A stretch of 64,000 nt of DNA from an uncultured Gammaproteobacteria bacterium (lineage in GTDB: Bacteria; Patescibacteriota; Microgenomatia; 2-02-FULL-39-11), in assembly GCA_964544585.1 (NCBI GenBank), contig CAZJBV010000003.1, forward strand, positions 16,950-80,949, read 5' to 3'. The number at the start of each line of letters is the position of its first letter. The stretch's first letter is position 1. Both the position numbers and the translations under genes were made by a program. This document shows positions 56,920 through 64,000 of this stretch, one piece after another. The notes under the pieces are model-generated. The model was not told the DNA's origin. It did not search any database and was given only the letters and a program-made list of their open reading frames with translations.

Positions 56920-59900
56920 ATAACTCTATATTAAATTTTATAAGATATTGCCTTAGTTACGTAAAATTAACCAGAAACCGAACTATACTAGATCAGCAGA
57001 AATACTCTGTTGATCTTCCGATGGATTATTTTGGGTTACTTGGTTTATTAAACGGAGATACGGATGAAAAGAATGGTGAGTTAATAAACCTAAAAACTTT
57101 CTATTCCTACGATCCCAAAAATGTTCCAGATGATGAGTTAAGTATTTATGAGAAAGAAAAAGAATTAGCAAACAAGATCGAGGAAATTTATAACAAATAT
57201 CGTAACGACCAATATACAAAGCAAGTAATTTTAAGTTTTGGATATTTCGAAATTGAAATTCCTATCGAAGAGAATGGCGACGTTGTTACACAAGCGGAAC
57301 AAGAGTCAGACGAAAAGCTAACTAAAACCAAAGTTGATCGCTATCCGCTTTTTTCATTACCGGTGAGAATAGAGAAAGAAATTCGCCAAATTGGAGTTGG
57401 AGAATATCTAGTTTACTTCGTTGATCCTGAAGTTCAAGTAAATATCGGAATACTAGAACCATTACTAGGGGAAGATCTATATTTTCAACTTTTGGAAGAA
57501 ATTGGGAAATACGAAATTGAAGGAAGACTAACATTACCAATATTAGATTTAGAAATATTTAAAGAGATTTGGCACAAAATAAAGGCACAATTGCGCTTAA
57601 AAAATGCCAAATTTAATGAACAATCTTTTTCATTAGAAGAAGTAAAAATAGCCCTTGGCCCCAAAGCAAATTACTTCCTCGCAGAGGATCTAGCTAAATT
57701 GAGTCAATTAACAGAGGAAGAGCTTTCTAAAACTGCCCTTACATGTTGGACAGAAGATGAAGGATTAAATGTTGAAAGTGATATTCCACAAGAAAAAGAT
57801 TTATATTTTCCCTTTTTATATGATAAATATCAGCTCTCCTCTCTATCAATACTTGGAAACGTCGCCTCAATTGTTCAGGGACCACCTGGAACAGGAAAAT
57901 CGGAAACGATTTCAAATATACTTTGCCACCTAGCTGCCACTGGAAAAAAAGTTTTATTCGTTAGTCAAAAAGCACAGGCTCTTAAGGTTGTTAAAGATAA
58001 ACTAAAAAAGCTAGAAATAAGGTATTTATTTGGATATTTGCCTAACCCAAATTCTGCTCAAATCGGAGAAGAGGATGAAGCTGACGGTATTGCGCCTCAA
58101 CTGAGCGCTATTGGTTCACATATAGAAAAGATGAGTTTTACACAATATTCAAGTTCTAAATTCGCTCGCTATGTAGATAAAAGTGAAGTAGCTAGCTTGA
58201 TTCATTCTGCTGTTGAAGAAAAAACTGTTAAACGAACTTCATTGAATAGCGTAATTAATGCTCAGAGAAAATATTATCAACTAAACCAAGAACTTTTAAA
58301 TCTTAAAGAATATGACATTGACATTACTGATTTTAGTTATTTCACTCAAACATTCTCATCATTTGAGTGGCAGGAAATCAAGAAAGCAAAAGCGGAAATA
58401 GAAAATCTTAGTGAAATAATAAAAAAATATGAACTAAGTAATGAAAAAAAGGAATATGATAGTCTTTTTCCTTCACTCAATAGAAACCTTGGAGAAATCG
58501 CTGACCAGATTGGAACTATCAGAGATGATGTTGATAAAACAGGTTTTGACCGTCATTCAAAATTTTTGAGAAAAATAAATAACATGAGCCGCGATTTCCG
58601 TCTTAGTAATATTCGTGGAAAGCTCCCACGAGAGATTATCGATCATGTAGATAATATTTTACAAGCTGATAAATCAAGAAGCGAGCAAATAAAATTACTC
58701 GATAATCTCTATAATCATTGTTCCTATTTCAAAAACATTCGGATGCTTAATGGATTTGAAGAAGCCTTAAATCAAAGATTAAATATATGTGGTGTTTCAG
58801 ATAAAGAATTTAAAATTATAGATGAAAAAATTAACAAATCTGCTTCTGCATCTTTAGACGATATCAAAGCTAAAATCCTACGAGTTCAGGAAATAAAATA
58901 TGAACTAGAAATGCTCAAAAAGACTGAAAGCCCAAATAAGATATCTTTAGCAGTGAAGCGTTTCGAACAAAACAGAGTAAAACGTGTGGGGCAATATATT
59001 CAAAATATTATTAATCAAGGAATACTTGAAAAATGGAGGTCAGGTGTAACAATTAAGCAAATTGTAAGAAAACTAGCTAGTGCTTTTGGAAAATCAAAAA
59101 AGGCATTCAAGACCTTTGATAATCTACGTAAAGACATAAACAATTTTAATGCAATTCTTGATTTGATTCCTATTTGGATCATGGAACTCGATGATGCAAG
59201 TCGCATTATTCCACTTGAGGTTGGCATTTTCGATTATGTAATTTTAGATGAAGCATCGCAATGTAATGTAGCATATACCTTGCCAGTCATGTACAGGGCG
59301 AAGAAAATATTATTTGTGGGAGATAGTGAACAAATGCGAGATAGTACTATAATGTTTAAGTCTAATAGGGTTTTTGATGAACTTGCTCGCAGATATCAAA
59401 TTCCTGAGGAAAGACAAATAAAAGCGACTGGAACTTCAGTGCAATCTGTCTTGGATATTGGTTATAAACGAGGTTTCATGGATCGTCCACTTAGATATCA
59501 TTATCGGTCGCCTGCAGAATTAATTGGCTTTAGTAATAAATACTTCTACAAACCAAAAGGTAAAGAATTAATACCAGTTAATAACAATTACCTATCTTAT
59601 AAAGATACGAACCGTATAATGTTTGTACATGAGGTTAAATCTAATTGGAAGGAAGAATTCTCTGATAACATAAACGTTGCAGAGGCAAACAGAATACTTA
59701 AGCTTTTTAAAGAATTGCGAAGTGATATTCGTTATCGAGATAAATCTATTGGTATTTTAACTTTCTTTAATGCACAAGCTGCTTTTATCCGAGATCTTTT
59801 TGAAAAAGAAGGTTATAAAGAAGAAGAGGATAATTACAAAATTAGCATTATTGAAGGTATACAAGGAGACGAAAAAGATATTGTTTTTTACTCATTTGTT

Positions 59901-60479
59901 ATTAGATCCATTGAACAGAAAAATAAGTACGTACCTCTAACTGGTGAAGGAGGAGATCTCCGATCAGATATAAATAAGGGTCGAGTGAATGTTGCTTTTT
60001 CGCGAGCAAAACTACAAGTGCATTGTTTTGTTAGTCTTCCACCTAATGAAATGCCAGAAAGAATTTGGCTAAAGAAATACCTTGAGTATATACATGACAA
60101 TGGTGCAGTTGAATTTTATTCAGATGATCTTAAAACTTTTGATTCCTATTTTGAAGAAGAATTTTATGCGTTATTGCGAAAAAACTTAAAGCGTGGTCAT
60201 AAGATCCAAAATCAGGTAAGAAGTTGTGGATTTAAAATTGATTTTGTTGTTAGCAATTTAAATTCTGGAAAACGTTTAGCGATCGAGTGCGACGGTCCAT
60301 GCCATTTTAAAGATGAATTAGATGAGTCATATGGCATCTATGTGGGAAGCGATGAAGAAAGACAAGCTGTACTAGAAGCTGCTGGATGGAAGTTTTGCCG
60401 GATCAAATATTCAGATTGGATTGACGAAAAATTTGATCGCAATATTGTTACTCAATCAATAATGAATTTACTAAAATAA
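56916..60479 (+). CDS. Upf1-like SF1B helicase with N-terminal unknown region and C-terminal DUF559 (Vsr/restriction-endonuclease-like) domain
   Basis: Walker A is GPPGTGKS, motif II is VILDEASQ, motif V is GIQGDEKDIVFYS, and motif VI is GRVNVAFSRAK. The C-terminal domain reads KRLAIECDGPCHF...AAGWKFCRIKYSDW. Total length is 1187 aa. Confidence 0.75.
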   Translation: MNNSILNFIRYCLSYVKLTRNRTILDQQKYSVDLPMDYFGLLGLLNGDTDEKNGELINLKTFYSYDPKNVPDDELSIYEKEKELANKIEEIYNKYRNDQYTKQVILSFGYFEIEIPIEENGDVVTQAEQESDEKLTKTKVDRYPLFSLPVRIEKEIRQIGVGEYLVYFVDPEVQVNIGILEPLLGEDLYFQLLEEIGKYEIEGRLTLPILDLEIFKEIWHKIKAQLRLKNAKFNEQSFSLEEVKIALGPKANYFLAEDLAKLSQLTEEELSKTALTCWTEDEGLNVESDIPQEKDLYFPFLYDKYQLSSLSILGNVASIVQGPPGTGKSETISNILCHLAATGKKVLFVSQKAQALKVVKDKLKKLEIRYLFGYLPNPNSAQIGEEDEADGIAPQLSAIGSHIEKMSFTQYSSSKFARYVDKSEVASLIHSAVEEKTVKRTSLNSVINAQRKYYQLNQELLNLKEYDIDITDFSYFTQTFSSFEWQEIKKAKAEIENLSEIIKKYELSNEKKEYDSLFPSLNRNLGEIADQIGTIRDDVDKTGFDRHSKFLRKINNMSRDFRLSNIRGKLPREIIDHVDNILQADKSRSEQIKLLDNLYNHCSYFKNIRMLNGFEEALNQRLNICGVSDKEFKIIDEKINKSASASLDDIKAKILRVQEIKYELEMLKKTESPNKISLAVKRFEQNRVKRVGQYIQNIINQGILEKWRSGVTIKQIVRKLASAFGKSKKAFKTFDNLRKDINNFNAILDLIPIWIMELDDASRIIPLEVGIFDYVILDEASQCNVAYTLPVMYRAKKILFVGDSEQMRDSTIMFKSNRVFDELARRYQIPEERQIKATGTSVQSVLDIGYKRGFMDRPLRYHYRSPAELIGFSNKYFYKPKGKELIPVNNNYLSYKDTNRIMFVHEVKSNWKEEFSDNINVAEANRILKLFKELRSDIRYRDKSIGILTFFNAQAAFIRDLFEKEGYKEEEDNYKISIIEGIQGDEKDIVFYSFVIRSIEQKNKYVPLTGEGGDLRSDINKGRVNVAFSRAKLQVHCFVSLPPNEMPERIWLKKYLEYIHDNGAVEFYSDDLKTFDSYFEEEFYALLRKNLKRGHKIQNQVRSCGFKIDFVVSNLNSGKRLAIECDGPCHFKDELDESYGIYVGSDEERQAVLEAAGWKFCRIKYSDWIDEKFDRNIVTQSIMNLLK

Positions 60480-60565
60480 TTATATTCAATTTATGTTTGA
60501 ATTTAAAAAGGTAAACAAAAGTAAAGTGGAAGAAAATTTGATATAGAACTAAATGGAGTAAATTA

Positions 60566-61399
60566 ATGAAAGATAAATATTCAGCAATTTGGGTCTCACA
60601 CTCATCAATAAGTGATTATCTCAAGTGTCCCCGAGCTTATTATCTCAAAAACGTATATAAGGATCCCAAAAATAATCACAAAATAAATATCATGTCTCCT
60701 TCATTAGCTTTAGGCCAAACAGTACATAAAGTCATTGAGTCTATATCTACTCTTCCGGTAGAAAGAAGATTTGAAAAGTCCCTTCTCGATCTTTACGAGA
60801 TATATTGGCAAAAGATATCGGGCGAAAAAGGAGGATTTAGTCATAAAGATGAGGAAGAAAACATCAAACAACAAGGAAAGGAAATGATACAGAGAGTAAT
60901 TAATAATCCGGGTCCTTTAAAAAGAAAAGCTATAAAAATTAGAGAGGACTTACCTTATTTTTGGTTATCAGAAGTTGACAATATTATTCTTTGCGGGAAG
61001 ATAGATTGGTTGGAATATATAGTCGAAAGCGATAGTGTGAAAATTATAGATTTTAAAACTGGTAAGTATGATGAAGACCCAAATTCACTTCAATTGCCTA
61101 TTTATCATTTATTGGTCAAAAATAGCCAGTCAAAAAACATTGTAGGTGTAGCTTACTGGTACTTGGATAGAGATAATGAACCCATAGATGCTTCTTTACC
61201 ATCCTATCAAGAAGCAAGTCAGAGAGTATTGGAAATTGCTAAACACATTGTGTTGGCGCGAAAATTAGAACGGTTTGTATGTGGAAGAAGAGACGGATGT
61301 ATGTTTTGCCATCCATTTGAGACAATTCTTGTGGGAAAAGCTAAATTTGTTGGTGAAGATGATTTTCGTCATGATTTATACGTTATTTCACATAGATGA
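60566..61399 (+). CDS. Cas4/RecB-like PD-(D/E)xK nuclease with four-Cys cluster
   Basis: An N-terminal Cys sits in YLKCPRAYYL. The nuclease core is GKIDWL...IIDFKTGK with a QLPIYHLL QxxxY motif. The C-terminus carries CGRRDGCMFC (C-x5-C-x2-C). Confidence 0.6.
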   Translation: MKDKYSAIWVSHSSISDYLKCPRAYYLKNVYKDPKNNHKINIMSPSLALGQTVHKVIESISTLPVERRFEKSLLDLYEIYWQKISGEKGGFSHKDEEENIKQQGKEMIQRVINNPGPLKRKAIKIREDLPYFWLSEVDNIILCGKIDWLEYIVESDSVKIIDFKTGKYDEDPNSLQLPIYHLLVKNSQSKNIVGVAYWYLDRDNEPIDASLPSYQEASQRVLEIAKHIVLARKLERFVCGRRDGCMFCHPFETILVGKAKFVGEDDFRHDLYVISHR

Positions 61400-61662
61400 T
61401 TATCAAAATAGTATTAAAAATTGATATAGTGTCTTTTCTTGAAAATAGAGTGGCTTTATTTGGTGTTTGGTACTTATCTTTCCGTAAACAGAAGCATAAG
61501 GCGAAAGATATTTTGGATAAGATTGCTATTTTCACTCTCCATTTTCTTGGTATCTTTTCACTTTTTTATCTTAAATCAATAGCCTTTATTTTATGTCTTA
61601 TCTATCGTTTATCTTCTGGGATTACTAAAGATAAGTTAGATCACTGGCTGAATAAAAAATGA
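61396..61662 (+). CDS. small hypothetical membrane protein
   Basis: The 88-aa product is hydrophobic. It overlaps both neighbouring genes (ATGA junctions). Confidence 0.35.
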   Translation: MIIKIVLKIDIVSFLENRVALFGVWYLSFRKQKHKAKDILDKIAIFTLHFLGIFSLFYLKSIAFILCLIYRLSSGITKDKLDHWLNKK

Positions 61663-62756
61663 ATCTTAAGAAAATATTTAATTTTAAATTTAATTTTTTA
61701 GTATTAGTTGTTATTTCTTTTTACTTTTTCTCAATCCAAATGAATTTCATAAATAAAAGACTTGATAAAATAGAAAATAAATTAGGCGGTACCAAAAAAA
61801 TTACCTGCAATGAAAAGGATACTATAGAAAGAGTCCGGCAGTCGGTGGTAAGGATAATTGGCGGGGAATCAGAAGGATCAGGCTTTGCCATCAAAGAAAA
61901 CGGATTAATACTGACTAATTTTCATGTCATCCAGTTTGAACCGAGCCCAAAAGTGGTTTTGCCGGATAATACTTTTCAAACTGCGGAAATTATCATGGCG
62001 GATAAGAATTCCGACCTTGCAATAATAAAAATAAAAAGAGATTTACCCGTTATATCCTGGGGTGAGCCATCAGAACTTGATCCTGCTGAGGAACTTCTGG
62101 CTATAGGGTTTCCTCTGGGCGGCATACTTAAAGGTGAAGCATCCGTCAATAAAGGATCATTATCAGGCAGAAGAAGATCAAAAGATGTGGGAGTTGAGTA
62201 TTTACAGACAGATACTACGCTTACTCAAGGAGTAAGCGGAGGGCCGATGACCAATATCTGCGGTGAGGTTGTAGCTATCAATACAGCCGGATTATCCGGA
62301 TTGGGTTTGGGAATATCAGCCGATTCCATCAAACAGAAATGGCTCGAGATGGCCACCGCCAAAGACTCGCTTAAGGATGTACATAAAATTACTTTTGAAC
62401 CTGATAAAAGTCCGCTGGAAGCAGTACGTGCCTTTTATAATTATCTTAAAGCAAGAAAGCTGGAAAAAGCTTTTGAACTTTTATCCGATAATTTCAAGAA
62501 GGGCTACAGTTTTGATAACTGGAAAAAAGGATATGAACCTCTTTTGGATACTACAGTTATCAAAATAGACGATGACAAAGAGAATGAAAACAGGGTAAAT
62601 ATTAAACTTTCCACAAAAGATATGGTAAGTGATGAAATAGTTTATAAATATTTTGAAGGTTACTGGGATGTGAAAAGTGCGGATGGAAAATGGCTGTTAT
62701 GGGATCCGGAAATTAAAGAAGTTATAAAACCGGATTTCTTTTGGTTTTACGAATAA
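61659..62756 (+). CDS. trypsin-like (S1 family) serine protease with N-terminal signal anchor and about 150-aa C-terminal extension
   Basis: The catalytic triad context is TNFHV (His), DLAII (Asp) and GVSGGP (Ser). The stop lies 15 bp before IR-R. Confidence 0.65.
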   Translation: MNLKKIFNFKFNFLVLVVISFYFFSIQMNFINKRLDKIENKLGGTKKITCNEKDTIERVRQSVVRIIGGESEGSGFAIKENGLILTNFHVIQFEPSPKVVLPDNTFQTAEIIMADKNSDLAIIKIKRDLPVISWGEPSELDPAEELLAIGFPLGGILKGEASVNKGSLSGRRRSKDVGVEYLQTDTTLTQGVSGGPMTNICGEVVAINTAGLSGLGLGISADSIKQKWLEMATAKDSLKDVHKITFEPDKSPLEAVRAFYNYLKARKLEKAFELLSDNFKKGYSFDNWKKGYEPLLDTTVIKIDDDKENENRVNIKLSTKDMVSDEIVYKYFEGYWDVKSADGKWLLWDPEIKEVIKPDFFWFYE

Positions 62757-62771
62757 GAGTCATAAAAATTT

Positions 62772-62980
62772 CGAAAATTTCCCAAAGAGAGAAGGCGAAG
62801 ACCCGACCGAAAGGAGGGCTAAGCAAAAAGAAAGCCGAGCGAAGCGAGGCTTAATGATTGGCGAAACTGTAGCAATTCATTTTCCCCTTAAACCCCTTTT
62901 TCTTGCTACAGTTTAATAAAGTATCAAGTTTCAAAAATTTTTGATAAAATAGGTGCGAGCTATTTGATATAATGGCTCCA
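62772..62980. repeat. 209-bp inverted repeat, right copy (IR-R)
   Basis: Its reverse complement equals 51648-51856 exactly. Confidence 0.9.
62965..62973 (+). promoter_or_regulatory. extended -10 promoter (TGATATAAT) inside IR-R, reading outward
   Basis: This is the mirror copy of the tRNA-Tyr promoter. Confidence 0.45.
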
Positions 62981-63046
62981 TCTCCCGACTTGTCGGGGCC
63001 GCCCGAAGGGCGGCCCAGGGAGGAAGCGCGTTCCCACCTGCTTTTG
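62981..63046 (+). ncRNA. candidate small GC-rich RNA made of three consecutive hairpins
   Basis: The hairpins are CCCGA-CUUG-UCGGG, GGCCGCCC-GAA-GGGCGGCC and CAGGGA-N10-UCCCaCCUG, followed by CTTTTG. It starts where the tRNA starts in the mirror copy. Confidence 0.3.
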
Positions 63047-63293
63047 TATCTTTTAAGAAAATTAGCGTAAAGATTCAATGATACTCGAAAAATTCTACTA
63101 AAACATAGAGTTTTTCGTTATTAACTCTCCCTTGCGATGTTTTATTCCTCCGATTATCACCGGAGGAAACTTTGCCTTTACACTGAAAAATGCATCAGCA
63201 TTTTTTACGTGCAAAAAAATAAAAAGAATTTTTGCTCCGGTTTGATTTATTTAATCATATTGTAAAATCTTTCATCTCATATATATTTATGAT

Positions 63294-63361
63294 GCACACA
63301 AAATATTCCTGTTGAGATTTTTAGTGGCCGTCCTGGTACAGATCTCAACAGATTTGTGTGC
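63294..63361. promoter_or_regulatory. imperfect 68-bp palindrome upstream of the serine recombinase gene (candidate recombination site or operator)
   Basis: GCACACAAA..CTGTTGAGAT - 22-nt centre - GATCTCAACAG ATTTGTGTGC. It ends 25 bp before the recombinase ATG. A NotI-like GCGGCCGC lies just downstream. Confidence 0.4.
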
Positions 63362-63385
63362 AACCGGGGCGGCCGCTTGAAATTT

Positions 63386-64000
63386 ATGAATATATCACCT
63401 GTCAATCATTCAATAATTAAATCTCATAGAAATTATTTGAAGCTAGGGTTACCTATTCAGCAAAAATTCTTTTTATATGCGCGCAAGTCAACAGATGTAG
63501 AAGATAAGCAGATACAATCAATAGAAGCACAATTAGTCGAACTTCGTGAATTTGCAAAACGGGAGGGTTTTCAAATTGTAGAGGAGCTCATTGAAAAACA
63601 ATCAGCCAAGATACCGGGTCGGCCAGTTTTCAATTCGATGATAGAGCGAATTGAAAAGGGTGAAGCCTCCGGTATCTTGGCCTGGCATCCGGATAGACTT
63701 GCGCGAAATTCTATTGACGGAGGAAAAATTATATATCTTATCGATACGGGTAAAATCAAATTCTTAAAATTTCCACAATTTTGGTTTGAGTCTACCCCGC
63801 AAGGTAAATTTATGCTTTCAATTTCGTTTGGGCAAAGTAAATACTTTGTGGATTCCCTCTCAGAAAATACCAAGCGTGGTCTTCGCCAAAAAGTGAGAAA
63901 GGGAGAATTTCCCAGTCTTGCACCCGTAGGATATCTCAATGACACGAGAACCAAAACGATTGTACTTGATCGAAAAAAAGCTTCTGTTATTAAAAAGCTC
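63386..64000 (+). CDS. large serine recombinase (3' partial, runs off window)
   Basis: I translated it by hand; it is missing from the ORF track because no stop falls in the window. The product begins MNISPVNH. It carries YARKSTDVEDKQIQSIEAQ (catalytic Ser context) and AWHPDRLARN. The recombinase-domain GY is in APVGYLND. Confidence 0.7.
   Translation, partial: MNISPVNHSIIKSHRNYLKLGLPIQQKFFLYARKSTDVEDKQIQSIEAQLVELREFAKREGFQIVEELIEKQSAKIPGRPVFNSMIERIEKGEASGILAWHPDRLARNSIDGGKIIYLIDTGKIKFLKFPQFWFESTPQGKFMLSISFGQSKYFVDSLSENTKRGLRQKVRKGEFPSLAPVGYLNDTRTKTIVLDRKKASVIKKL

Larger units (their letters stand above)
51648..62980. mobile_element. IR-bounded 11.3-kb cassette (209-bp perfect terminal inverted repeats), candidate mobile or invertible element
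   Basis: Perfect inverted repeats flank a GC-rich region plus about 10 same-strand, translationally coupled genes (nucleases, helicase, protease). A tRNA gene abuts one end and a serine recombinase gene lies near the other. No target-site duplication is evident. Confidence 0.45.

Noticed and set aside
62981-63046. Possible SRP (4.5S) RNA because of GGGAGGAAGCGCG resembling GGAAGGAAGCAGC
   Set aside because: Only a partial match to the domain IV motif. The predicted fold is three short independent hairpins rather than one long helix. Left as an unidentified small RNA.

Overview
This is an AT-rich bacterial chromosomal window. About 0-51.6 kb looks like ordinary, densely packed and mostly co-directional housekeeping and stress genes, with several type II toxin-antitoxin pairs. 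I cannot assign a taxon. Features I can support include a partial alpha-2-macroglobulin-like thioester protein, a mercury-resistance-like cluster (ArsR-family regulator, two Cys-rich proteins, MerA), and HigB/HigA and DinJ/YafQ pairs. There is a nearly complete histidine operon (hisG-D-C-K-B-H-F-I-E, no hisA) whose hisG start codon overlaps the CCA end of a tRNA-His gene, preceded by a structured leader with stacked terminator-like hairpins. Other supported genes are metal transporters (FTR1, ZIP), uppP, lexA with an SOS-box-like palindrome, a CcdA-thioredoxin fusion, and dprA-comM-yraN. Two separate small-protein plus retropepsin-like aspartic protease gene pairs are present. The most unusual region is 51.6-63.0 kb. 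Two perfect 209-bp inverted repeats (51648-51856 and 62772-62980) flank a 10.9-kb block of tightly packed, same-strand genes. Each repeat carries an outward-facing extended -10 promoter: the left one drives tRNA-Tyr, the right one a small GC-rich hairpin RNA followed by a large serine recombinase gene. The left interior end of the block holds a roughly 700-bp GC-rich, hairpin-rich region with no credible ORF. Next comes a dense array of the palindrome TTGGCCAA (at least 13 copies, often about 21 bp apart) spanning the promoter and 5' coding region of an S/P-rich protein with a C-terminal winged-helix domain. After that the block encodes a staphylococcal-nuclease homologue, membrane proteins, a PD-(D/E)xK nuclease, a 1187-aa Upf1-like SF1 helicase fused to a DUF559 endonuclease-like domain, a Cas4/RecB-like Cys4 nuclease, and an S1 serine protease. 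I interpret this block as a candidate novel mobile or invertible element carrying a nuclease-helicase module. No CRISPR array or rRNA gene was seen.
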